A stretch of DNA of 61,784 nucleotides. It comes from Flavobacteriales bacterium. GTDB lineage: Bacteria > Bacteroidota > Bacteroidia > Flavobacteriales_C > GCA-002722245. The DNA lies in assembly GCA_029251005.1 (NCBI GenBank), contig JAQXEE010000022.1, positions 1-61,784 on the forward strand. Reading direction: 5' to 3'. A program made the translations under genes and the position numbers. Of the stretch, positions 1 through 8,752 are shown in pieces. Position 1 is the stretch's first letter; every line of letters starts with the position of its first letter. The notes beneath the pieces were generated by a model. The model was not told the DNA's origin and did no database searches. It worked only from the letters and a program-made list of their open reading frames with translations.

Positions 1-2
1 TT

Positions 3-290
3 GAATTAAGAGAAGTTTTACCAAAAGCTGTTTCTCTTGCACTTCAACACGCTTTTAAAGATTTTGGCAGGAAAATGCAAGGTTATTACACCAACGAAGC
101 TATTCTACATGCTACCGAATCTCGAACGAGTAGTCCTGTTAAAATACCACGTAATAATGAAACGCTAGAACACCCTCAAATTAAAGGGTTATACCCTTGT
201 GGTGAAGGTGCTGGATATGCAGGGGGGATAATGAGCGCAGCAATTGATGGGCAGAGATGTGCTGAAAAAATCGCTAATAAATTGGGATAG
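3..290 (+). CDS. FAD-dependent oxidoreductase (COG2509-like), C-terminal part, truncated by window edge
   Basis: Frame open from base 3 (ELREVLPKAV...); C-terminal motifs ESRTSSPVKIPR and GLYPCGEGAGYAGGIMSAAIDG are typical of this family. Confidence 0.85.
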   Translation, partial: ELREVLPKAVSLALQHAFKDFGRKMQGYYTNEAILHATESRTSSPVKIPRNNETLEHPQIKGLYPCGEGAGYAGGIMSAAIDGQRCAEKIANKLG

Positions 291-437
291 ACTTTTTTGA
301 CCTACTATTGTAACAAAGTCCCTAAAACCACTTAACTTTTTTTAGTTTCAAATATTTGAATTAAAATATGAACGTAACATTACCCTTAAAATAGTAATTG
401 AAATCGTTGTCTGTATCAAATACTTTTTAGCGTTCCG

Positions 438-1346
438 CTAAAAGAGAGGAAAAGATAACTTCTCGCCTTCCTTCTCTTTAATTATGATTGTTTTAGAGCT
501 CACTAATGATGTTGAAAACCAACCAACTGCTTGGTCTTTTAACTCTGTTCCTGTTGAAATAATGTTGGTTTTCACATTAGCTGTAGGAGTTGCAAATAAA
601 GCGCCTATTCCACCGCTAATCGACTGATTTAAAACTTCGGACCAAAAACCGTTTGTTCCTTCGGTTAAACTCCAAATCTCATAAGTTGCTGTATCTTTTA
701 GCCCTAGGCTATCTTCAACATTAAACATAGGAAAAGTTGATATTGGGGGTATAAACAACTGGCCATCTGCCATAGACTCTTCGCTAAAAGATCCATCAAC
801 TGGTAGGTTTAAACCTGCTCTTCTCGTATCGTAAACTCCATTCTTTTTAAATCTAATCCAATAATAATCAGCTTGTCCAATTAAATCTCGCGCTACCAAT
901 TCAACTAAATAACCGCCATTTTCAGCACCAATGGTTTTAGGAGAATATTCCCAATTTAAACTATCGATGTCTGGTACTGGATTAGCAAAATTAATCGAAG
1001 AATATTCAACTCCGTTGCCTTTTATCATTAAAGCGTAAGTCCTTCCTTCATGCACTAAAACACTATCATCCCAAGTATAATTCCCATCATTTAATTCATC
1101 CTCAAAGAAATACATATTATTTAAGTCATCTTTAATATAAACTGAGTCTGCAATAAAAGCTTCTTGTACGACTTCGTCAAAAAACTGCTTTGTGCTCTTA
1201 AGATTAATAACTTGCGGTTCAGCGAGGTTGTTTACAAAAGCATCAACTACCAATTGAATGGCACCATCACTAACTTCAACTTCGATAACATCTTCACAAG
1301 ACGTTAAAGAAAACACAATTGCTATTGCTGAAAATATCTTTTTCAT
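438..1346 (-). CDS. DUF4249-family lipoprotein, partner of the TonB-dependent receptor
   Basis: Lipobox LTSC followed by EDVIEV; C-terminal LFATPTANVKTNI...AVGWF; 6 bp downstream of the TBDR. Confidence 0.8.
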   Translation of the reverse strand: MKKIFSAIAIVFSLTSCEDVIEVEVSDGAIQLVVDAFVNNLAEPQVINLKSTKQFFDEVVQEAFIADSVYIKDDLNNMYFFEDELNDGNYTWDDSVLVHEGRTYALMIKGNGVEYSSINFANPVPDIDSLNWEYSPKTIGAENGGYLVELVARDLIGQADYYWIRFKKNGVYDTRRAGLNLPVDGSFSEESMADGQLFIPPISTFPMFNVEDSLGLKDTATYEIWSLTEGTNGFWSEVLNQSISGGIGALFATPTANVKTNIISTGTELKDQAVGWFSTSLVSSKTIIIKEKEGEKLSFPLF

Positions 1347-1352
1347 CTTTAA

Positions 1353-3740
1353 TTAAAATTTAAAATTATAAGTGATTGAAGGAATTACAGTTCCTACAAT
1401 AGAATATTTAATTGCTTGTGGCTCTCCATTTTCATTTTCGAAATAAACAGTAAAAGCATTCCTTCTTGCATATGTATTATAAGCACTAAAAACCCAGTCG
1501 CCATGCCACAGCTTTTTATTCCCATTCTTCTTCTCTTCATTTCCATGAATTGTAAATGATAAATCTAAACGATGGTAATCTGGTACTCTTGCATTATTTC
1601 TAACATTAGCAGGATTATGAGAAACACTTACCCCTTGAATACCATAATTAATAGATGAAGATGTGAATGGTGCACCAGTGTTGTAAACAAAATTAGCACT
1701 CATTTCGTACTTTTTGTTAAACTCGTAATTTAAAACAAGATTACTAACAACTGGTTTATCAAACCTGTTATTATAATAATCACCATTATTGACTTCATCC
1801 ATTTTAACTTCAGTCTTTGCTAGTGTTAAACTTAGCCAACCTGTTAGTTTTCCTTGGTTTTTTCTTACAAAAAATTCTGCACCATAAGCTCTACCTGATC
1901 CATAATATAAATCACCTTCATAATAATCATTCAACTGCAACGCTGCGGTTGGTATATACCCTATTTGATTTTGAAGAAACTTATAGTAACCTTCAACAGA
2001 GGTCTCCCAACCAAGATTTTTTCCAAAATTCCTAAAATAACCAAGAGCGATCTGATCAGCCAGTTGTGGCTTAACATTATTAGTTGTAGGGGAGTAAAAA
2101 TCTAACGGAGTTGAAGCAGCTGTGTTACTCATTAAATGAATGTATTGTGACATTCTATTGTAACTTGTTTTAATTGAAGAAACACTATCAATATCAAACT
2201 TTGCAGAAAAACGAGGTTCAGGATTAAAATATGTTTTTATAAACTCTCCATTATTGTATGATTTGACTTTAAGCGTGTCACGACTTTCCGTAATTGAAGA
2301 TCTTTCACCGTATATATATTCCTTACTTGGTCCTAAGTAAGAGTACATTGAATACCGTAGTCCATATTTTAAGATTATCCCTTTTTTAATTTTTTGTTCA
2401 TTTCCAATATAAATGGCATTCTCTAAGCCAAACCTATCATCTTGAGAAAAATCAAAAGTAGTATCGTTACCCGTTTGAAAGGATTGTGCATAAAATTCGC
2501 TTTCCCCTGGCGCAAACTCATAAAGAATAGATTGTCCACCAAATTGAATTGTGTTGTTGTTATTTAAGTAATAGGTAAAAGATGGTTTTACTGAGTAGTT
2601 TTTAATATTTCCTTTCCATTGAAAACCACCCTCTTCTTGATTACCTACGCCAATTTTGAAATCATAATTAGAATAATAAGTTGTCATGTTCATGAACAGC
2701 TTATTATTAAAAATATGGTTCCACCTAGCAGTAGCAGTTTGATTCCCCCAATTGAACCCAAAACCTTGAGCAAAAACATCACGTCCAAAATAACCAGATA
2801 AATAAACATTATTTTTTTCGTTAATGTCATAATTTACTTTTGCTGTTAAATCATAAAAATAAAATTTAGCATCACTAAAATTATCTGCTAGGAATGGTTT
2901 TGCTAAAATATCAGCGTAGGATCTTCTCCCTGCAATTATAAATGATGCTTTATCTTTTACTAAGGGAGCTTCAATTGCAAAACGACTAAACAGTAATCCT
3001 ACTCCACCTTGTCCGGAAACCTTTTTTTTATTTCCTTCTCTCATTCTAATATCCAATACTGACGATAATCTACCGCCATACTGGGAAGGTATCCCTCCCT
3101 TTATTAATTTTACATTTTTAACAGCATCAGCGTTAAAAACGGAAAAGAATCCAAAAAGATGAGATGAATTAAAAACAGGTGCTTCATCCAATAAAATTAA
3201 ATTCTGATCAATCCCCCCACCCCTTACATTAAAACCAGTAGCACCTTCACCTACTGAAGATACACCGGGCATTAATTGTACAGCTTTAACAACATCAGCC
3301 TCACCTAAGAGGGCAGGTATTTTCTCAATTCTCTTTACATCTAACTCGATGGTACTCATTTCAACCTTCTTAAAATTGTCTGTATTTCTTTTTCCGGTTA
3401 CAACTACCACATCAATTTCTTCAGTTTCAGCAGCAAGTTCAACGTTTAATTTCATATTACCCTCTACAATAATTGTTTTGGACAATGTTGCAAATCCGCT
3501 GTAGTTAAAAAGTAAAGTATAAGTTCCTTTTGGTAGTTCTATGCTATAATATCCATATGCATTTGTGGCCGTACCATAATTTCCATCTTCGGTGTAAATC
3601 ATGGCACTAATCATTGTTTCGCCATTCGCACCATCTTTTACCGTTCCTGAAACGTTAAATTTTTGTGCTACAGCAAGCACTGGAAGCATTAATGCTATGG
3701 AAATCCAACTTTTAATATTTTTAAAATTCATAGTACTCAT
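1353..3740 (-). CDS. TonB-dependent receptor with N-terminal carboxypeptidase-regulatory-like domain
   Basis: Plug motifs FNVRGGGIDQNLILLDEAPVFNSSHLFGFFSVFN and YGGRLSSVLDI; ends in YNFKF; ATG at 3740 or 3731 preferred over TTG 3755. Confidence 0.92.
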   Translation of the reverse strand: MSTMNFKNIKSWISIALMLPVLAVAQKFNVSGTVKDGANGETMISAMIYTEDGNYGTATNAYGYYSIELPKGTYTLLFNYSGFATLSKTIIVEGNMKLNVELAAETEEIDVVVVTGKRNTDNFKKVEMSTIELDVKRIEKIPALLGEADVVKAVQLMPGVSSVGEGATGFNVRGGGIDQNLILLDEAPVFNSSHLFGFFSVFNADAVKNVKLIKGGIPSQYGGRLSSVLDIRMREGNKKKVSGQGGVGLLFSRFAIEAPLVKDKASFIIAGRRSYADILAKPFLADNFSDAKFYFYDLTAKVNYDINEKNNVYLSGYFGRDVFAQGFGFNWGNQTATARWNHIFNNKLFMNMTTYYSNYDFKIGVGNQEEGGFQWKGNIKNYSVKPSFTYYLNNNNTIQFGGQSILYEFAPGESEFYAQSFQTGNDTTFDFSQDDRFGLENAIYIGNEQKIKKGIILKYGLRYSMYSYLGPSKEYIYGERSSITESRDTLKVKSYNNGEFIKTYFNPEPRFSAKFDIDSVSSIKTSYNRMSQYIHLMSNTAASTPLDFYSPTTNNVKPQLADQIALGYFRNFGKNLGWETSVEGYYKFLQNQIGYIPTAALQLNDYYEGDLYYGSGRAYGAEFFVRKNQGKLTGWLSLTLAKTEVKMDEVNNGDYYNNRFDKPVVSNLVLNYEFNKKYEMSANFVYNTGAPFTSSSINYGIQGVSVSHNPANVRNNARVPDYHRLDLSFTIHGNEEKKNGNKKLWHGDWVFSAYNTYARRNAFTVYFENENGEPQAIKYSIVGTVIPSITYNFKF

Positions 3741-3908
3741 TTTAAGAGGAAACAAATTTAAAACTTTTTCGTGTTCTTTCCCTTAAAACTTGATAAACGA
3801 ATCCTATTGTTTATAAGTGGTAACGCAAGCGCAATAAAGAACAAATTTGTCATTCTTAAATTTTAATTATATTTATGTTTTAAAAGATTAATCTTTAAAT
3901 AACCACCT

Positions 3909-4829
3909 ATGAACAACGAAAAAAAATCCAACGACAAGAAGCTAAAAGCCATCATAATTATTCTGTTACTCCTTTTAGTTGGGTCTGTGGGATACAACTT
4001 TATACAAAAGCAAGCATTTCAGGAACAATCCAAACATAATTTAAAAGCAATTGATGATCTTTCAGCTGATAATGAAAAAGTAAACCAGTTATTTGAAGAC
4101 TCAAAAGAGTTAACCCGAAAACTTGAAGGTGATGTTGCTGAACAAGATCAAGAAATACAATCAACGCTTGCTAAAATTCAGAAAATAAAAGCCGAAAATG
4201 ATTCTTTAATAGCTTCAGGAATGGAAAAAGAAGAATTAAATAGACGTTTAAGAGCTAATTTAAAGATGGTTCGTAAATTGAATAAGCAATTAGAATCTAA
4301 AGTAGACGAGCTTTTACTAGAAAACAAAAAGTTAGAGACAATTAATAATGAGCTTACTGAAAATATAGATTCTGTAAATACAATCAACAAAGACTTAAAT
4401 CAGAAAGTGGCAAAAGCATCCGAACTTATTCCTACTCAGATTACAATCAACGCCTACAAAGCTAGAGGAACTGATGGTGAAAAATGGAAAAAAACCAAAT
4501 TAGCGAGAAGAACAAACAAGTTAGAAGTTATTTTTAATATCCTCAAAAATGAAATTGCTAAAGTTGGAGACAAGAAAATTCTGTTAAAAATTATCTCTCC
4601 GGCAGGAAAAACAATCGGAACATTAAACAATGAAGGAGCCGCTACTGAAGCGCAAGCAAAAGGCGCCATCACATATGCTGCCGCAAAAACCTTCAAGTAT
4701 GCTGGTGAAGAGCAAAAAATCACCTTAGACTATATCACCAATGTAAGGGATCTTCCTGAAGGAAGCTACTTGTTTGAATTGATTATCGATGGAGAATCTG
4801 CCGCTAATCGATTATTTGACTTAAAATAA
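3909..4829 (+). CDS. Membrane-anchored coiled-coil protein with C-terminal beta-sandwich (Bacteroidota hypothetical)
   Basis: N-terminal TM AIIIILLLLLVGSVGY, long heptad-rich region, beta-rich C-terminus (LPEGSYLFELIIDG). Confidence 0.75.
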   Translation: MNNEKKSNDKKLKAIIIILLLLLVGSVGYNFIQKQAFQEQSKHNLKAIDDLSADNEKVNQLFEDSKELTRKLEGDVAEQDQEIQSTLAKIQKIKAENDSLIASGMEKEELNRRLRANLKMVRKLNKQLESKVDELLLENKKLETINNELTENIDSVNTINKDLNQKVAKASELIPTQITINAYKARGTDGEKWKKTKLARRTNKLEVIFNILKNEIAKVGDKKILLKIISPAGKTIGTLNNEGAATEAQAKGAITYAAAKTFKYAGEEQKITLDYITNVRDLPEGSYLFELIIDGESAANRLFDLK

Positions 4830-4854
4830 TATAGGTTCATAAAAATTAACAATC

Positions 4855-4885
4855 AGCCATTTCATTTATTTGAAATGGCTTTTTT
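4855..4885 (+). terminator. Intrinsic terminator
   Basis: AGCCATTTCA-tttatt-TGAAATGGCT followed by a T run, 25 bp after the stop at 4829. Confidence 0.8.
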
Positions 4886-4896
4886 AATTTAGGCTC

Positions 4897-5868
4897 ATGC
4901 TTTTAAAGGTTGAAAATTTGTCCCTCTCCTATGGAGATTGGAAAGTCCTCGATAAACTTAACTTTGAAATAAATCAAGGTCAGGTGCTTTGTGTTTTAGG
5001 TGAAAGTGGTTGTGGAAAAACAAGTCTTCTAAAAGCAATTAGAGGTTTTATGGATCGGGATGAAGGAGAAATCTACTTCCAAGGAGAGCGTGTTTACAAT
5101 AAATCAGAAAAGCTTGTTCCAGGAACAAAAGGGGTTGCAGTTGTTCATCAAGATTTTCAATTAGAACCCGGATTTACTGTTTTTGATAATATCCGCCATC
5201 ATCTTATACAATATAACAGATCCTATCAACAGAGTAAAACAGAAGAAATAATTCGACTTTGTAAACTTGAAAACATTCAATTCAAGAAATCTAAGGAGCT
5301 ATCAGGGGGGCAAAAACAAAAGGTAGCGTTGGCAAAAGCTTTGATTGAAGAACCGCCTTTATTACTGCTAGACGAACCCTTTAGTAACTTAGATAACATC
5401 TCTAAAACTGAGTTTAAAGCCATTCTAAAAAACGTTGTTAAAGCATTAAATATAGGTCTACTATTTGTTACTCATGATTCAAAAGACGCTCTAACTTTTT
5501 CTGATGAAATTATGGTAATTCAAAATGGAAAACTACTAAAAAAAGACACGCCTCTTAAACTCACTACTACTCCTCCATCTGTATATGCCGCCAAATTATT
5601 AGGATTGACAAACATATTTGAAGGGAGTTTGATTAAAAGTATTACCGATAAATTCATTAAAGACTCAAGTAATTATTGGATTCCACAAAGAAATATAATT
5701 CTTTCGAAAGGAAATACTTTCAAAATTGAAACTGAAGAGTTTTTAGGCGACCAGTTCGTATACCATTTGAGTAACGGAATAATAAATATTTCTATAAAAT
5801 CTTTGGAAAGACTATCGGGTGAAAAATTAAATATTAAATTCAACAATGCAGTTGAAATTAAAGATTAA
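4897..5868 (+). CDS. ABC transporter ATP-binding protein (FbpC/PotA-like), no permease adjacent
   Basis: Walker A GESGCGKT, signature LSGGQ, Walker B LLLLDEPF, H-loop VTHD. Confidence 0.9.
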   Translation: MLLKVENLSLSYGDWKVLDKLNFEINQGQVLCVLGESGCGKTSLLKAIRGFMDRDEGEIYFQGERVYNKSEKLVPGTKGVAVVHQDFQLEPGFTVFDNIRHHLIQYNRSYQQSKTEEIIRLCKLENIQFKKSKELSGGQKQKVALAKALIEEPPLLLLDEPFSNLDNISKTEFKAILKNVVKALNIGLLFVTHDSKDALTFSDEIMVIQNGKLLKKDTPLKLTTTPPSVYAAKLLGLTNIFEGSLIKSITDKFIKDSSNYWIPQRNIILSKGNTFKIETEEFLGDQFVYHLSNGIINISIKSLERLSGEKLNIKFNNAVEIKD

Positions 5869-5965
5869 CAGCTGTCTAACCACGAAAATCCACTATCTTT
5901 ATATCTTGAAAATACTACCAATTATCCAAAATTAATTGATAATAAACTTTGTAAACTAACATTCG

Positions 5966-6202
5966 ATGACAAAAGGAATGGAACGCATTATTAATGAATT
6001 AAAAGGCGAGAATAAAACAACAGTAATTGAGCGCCTTTATTCAGAAAATGAAACAGCCAAAGAAACACAAAAATTACGCTTAGCTTCGGATTTAAATAAC
6101 TTGATTTTTTACTTAAATAATCCTGACACAAGACCGGGAGGAGTAAAACAAGAGGATCTTTCCTTGTTTGAAGAATTAAAAATCTCATTGGATAGCCAAT
6201 AA
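5966..6202 (+). CDS. Small hypothetical protein (78 aa)
   Basis: ATG ORF filling an intergenic gap, protein-like helical composition; no recognised family. Confidence 0.6.
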   Translation: MTKGMERIINELKGENKTTVIERLYSENETAKETQKLRLASDLNNLIFYLNNPDTRPGGVKQEDLSLFEELKISLDSQ

Positions 6203-6203
6203 A

Positions 6204-6389
6204 CTATTCAGTGCAACTTGATTCTATAAAACTTTTTGCTGGTAACGGCATGCCCATGTAAGTTTCTACCGCCTTAATTACACCTTCAATTTCTGAATAT
6301 GAATTTTGATTAAAAACCCCCGCCTTTAGCCAATGTTGAATTTGGTTCAAAGCTGAATTGCAATCGTTTAAATCTGAAATTATCATCAC
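6204..6389 (-). CDS. Small hypothetical protein (about 60 aa)
   Basis: GTG/ATG start after an A-rich leader; ends 1 bp from the convergent ORF; no recognised family. Confidence 0.5.
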   Translation of the reverse strand: MMIISDLNDCNSALNQIQHWLKAGVFNQNSYSEIEGVIKAVETYMGMPLPAKSFIESSCTE

Positions 6390-6537
6390 TTAATTTTGTT
6401 TAAAACGTAGCACTATTTATAAAGTTGCCTTCCCAATTAATATTTTAACATATTTTACTGTTACCGATCTTGAAAACAACTAATCTAAAGCGGTTAACAT
6501 TTCGAAAATTGTTGTTTTTTTCTTTACATTAGAAGCC

Positions 6538-7107
6538 TTGCGAGCTATTGATTCCAATATAACCGACAATGAGTTACTGATTAAATATAAATCAACTGAA
6601 AACAGTGATTTTTTAGCTGCTTTATTCGAAAGACACCTCCATCTTATTTACGGAGCTTGCTTAAAAAACCTTGAAGATGAAGACAATGCCAAGGATGTTT
6701 GCATGGAGGTTTACGAATTATTATCTATTAAATTAATTCAGCACGAAGTCACACATTTTAAAAGCTGGCTATACCGAGTTACTTTTAATCAATGCATGCA
6801 GTTTCTTCGGAAAAAAAATAAATCGAAAAAAAATATTCAAGAATATCAATTAAACTACAAGGAGGATATGGAATTCTCATTAGAAACACATCCAAGTATT
6901 CAAAAAGAGGAAATATTAACCCACCTTGAAGAATGCATAATGAATTTGAAGGATAGCCAAAAACAATGTATTCAACTTTTTTATTTAAATGAACTATGCT
7001 ATAATCAAATATCAGCTCAAACAAAGCATACTTTGAAGAAAGTAAAAAGCTATATTCAAAACGGAAAAAGAAATTTAAAAATTTGTTTAGAATCGAAAAA
7101 TGGATAA
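6538..7107 (+). CDS. ECF (sigma-70 group 4) RNA polymerase sigma factor
   Basis: Region 2 AKDVCMEVY...FKSWLYRVTFNQC; region 4 QKQCIQLFYLNELCYNQIS...VKSYIQNGKRNL. Confidence 0.93.
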   Translation: MRAIDSNITDNELLIKYKSTENSDFLAALFERHLHLIYGACLKNLEDEDNAKDVCMEVYELLSIKLIQHEVTHFKSWLYRVTFNQCMQFLRKKNKSKKNIQEYQLNYKEDMEFSLETHPSIQKEEILTHLEECIMNLKDSQKQCIQLFYLNELCYNQISAQTKHTLKKVKSYIQNGKRNLKICLESKNG

Positions 7108-8179
7108 ACAATTATTGCATAATATTTTTGATCATTACGATTGCTTAAGTGAGCGAAAGTTATTAGATTATGTAAATAATTCACTTTCAAATATTGAAAG
7201 AAATGAGGTTGAACGCCACACAATTAACTGTAAATTTTGCTCAGATGCTATTGATGGATTTATGGGGCAAGAGAATTCAATTGCAAATTATCAAAGCCTA
7301 AAACAAAATCCTTTCTATCGTAAACGAAAAACCAAAACAATTTTATGGTTATCTGGGATTGCAGCATCAATTTTAGCCATCTTAATAGTTAATAACTTAA
7401 ATTCCTTAAAATTAGATAACCAGTTTACTGCGGAGGGAGACAAAAAAAACTTAAAAGAGGTTACAATTCAGTATACTGTTAAAGATTCAGTAAATCTAGA
7501 CCATCAACCACAAATTAAAAAGCAGGAGAAAAATATAAGTTTAAAAAGCTCAAAAACTCATAAGAAAGAAGTTAGTTCGCCTCGCCAAAAACCCTCGGAA
7601 GTAATTAACAAAAAAAGTAAGCCTGATTTTAGTACAACTAATTTTGAAACTGATAATAACGAGGAAATTGGAGAAATAAAAATTGTTAAGGAGGTTTTTG
7701 AAACAAGAGCTGCTCAAAATAAAAGTCAAACAAAAGGTGATTTAAACAAATTAAACGAAGAAAACACAGTCGTAATTAATGAAAAAAGGAATTACCTTAA
7801 GACTCATGCAAAGCTTAAGCCTAAAGACACACACTCATTTAACTATGAAACTGATAGTGTTCCTAATTTAAACATTCAGGAAATAAATGAAGTTGAAAGT
7901 AATTTTAGAGAAAAGTTGAAAGATAAATATATCGAGCCTTTATCAGCCTTAGATAGTGGTATTACTTTTTATGAAAACAAGCAGTTTGAAAATGCAATAA
8001 AACAATTAAATACTCTAAAAAAAGCAGATCCTGATTACTTTAAAGCTCAATTATACACTGGAAAATCCCATTTAAAACTTAACAGACCGTTAGTTAGTGT
8101 GAAATTTCTAACAGAGGCCTTAAAGGGAAATAAAAAAACTAAAAAAGAAGCTAAAAGTTTATTGAAATCAATAAAATAA
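7100..8179 (+). CDS. Zinc-binding anti-sigma factor (zf-HC2) with TM helix and C-terminal TPR
   Basis: HxxxCxxC (HTINCKFC), TM ILWLSGIAASILAILIV, TPR-like C-terminus (GITFYENKQFENAI...AQLYTGKSHLKL); overlaps the sigma gene by 8 bp. Confidence 0.82.
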   Translation: MDKQLLHNIFDHYDCLSERKLLDYVNNSLSNIERNEVERHTINCKFCSDAIDGFMGQENSIANYQSLKQNPFYRKRKTKTILWLSGIAASILAILIVNNLNSLKLDNQFTAEGDKKNLKEVTIQYTVKDSVNLDHQPQIKKQEKNISLKSSKTHKKEVSSPRQKPSEVINKKSKPDFSTTNFETDNNEEIGEIKIVKEVFETRAAQNKSQTKGDLNKLNEENTVVINEKRNYLKTHAKLKPKDTHSFNYETDSVPNLNIQEINEVESNFREKLKDKYIEPLSALDSGITFYENKQFENAIKQLNTLKKADPDYFKAQLYTGKSHLKLNRPLVSVKFLTEALKGNKKTKKEAKSLLKSIK

Positions 8180-8215
8180 GCAATCCCTTTTCAGTTAAAG
8201 AAGTATCTTTAACTT

Positions 8216-8410
8216 ATGATGTTTACAGAAGGAAGAAAAGTATTTGCTTTATGTTTTTTAGCCGCTTTCGCAATTGCATTAGTTTGGGGATATCGGAAAG
8301 ATAAGAAAGAGCGAACCGCTAATTACCAAGGAGCAACTAGAATTACAATTACAATCTTAATTCTTCTTGGTTTACTTACTATGCTAACCAAAGTATTAAA
8401 GTACATTTAA
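8216..8410 (+). CDS. Small two-TM membrane protein (Bacteroidota hypothetical)
   Basis: Pattern FTEGRKVFA...LVWGYRKDK...YQG followed by a second TM; -7-like promoter octamer at 8204-8211. Confidence 0.75.
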   Translation: MMFTEGRKVFALCFLAAFAIALVWGYRKDKKERTANYQGATRITITILILLGLLTMLTKVLKYI

Positions 8411-8613
8411 TTGATTTTAATAGGTTTACCTGCATAATATGGGGATTTACTAGTTAACACTTCGAAAACAGCTTTCACTCTAGCTAATTGTTCTCGGTAT
8501 TTTAAATACGGACTATACCAATCGGGAACACCTTTTGCAAAAAGACCTTGTGCTTTTAATCCATTTCTTTGTGCAATGTATAAAGCACGATCCACATGAT
8601 TTTTTTTACACAT
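8407..8613 (-). pseudogene. sanA: C-terminal remnant of a SanA/YdcF (DUF218) protein
   Basis: HVDRALYIA...YREQLARVKAVFE...PYYAGKPIKI resembles the SanA C-terminus; in-frame stop 4 codons upstream; N-terminal two-thirds absent. Confidence 0.7.
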
Positions 8614-8700
8614 ACGACTAATTTAACCTGTTGGTGTTTGTTTTACATTATCGTTATTATCCGAACCAAATTCCCTGTTATTAGAGGAGAAATAAAACAC

Positions 8701-8731
8701 AAAAAAAAGCCACTCAATTTGGGTGGCTTTT
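8701..8731 (-). terminator. Intrinsic terminator (bidirectional-type)
   Basis: A8-GCCACTCA-att-TGGGTGGC-TTTT downstream of the 8753..11023 gene. Confidence 0.8.
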
Positions 8732-8752
8732 AATATTTATATTATTCTTATT

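Noticed and set aside
3909-4829. SMC/ParA-like chromosome segregation protein
   Set aside because: Coiled-coil resemblance only; no Walker motifs and it has an N-terminal membrane anchor
6459-6490. TGTTAC upstream of the ECF sigma as an autoregulatory copy of the gldJ/porP motif
   Set aside because: The second half (GTTATTA) is absent at the expected spacing
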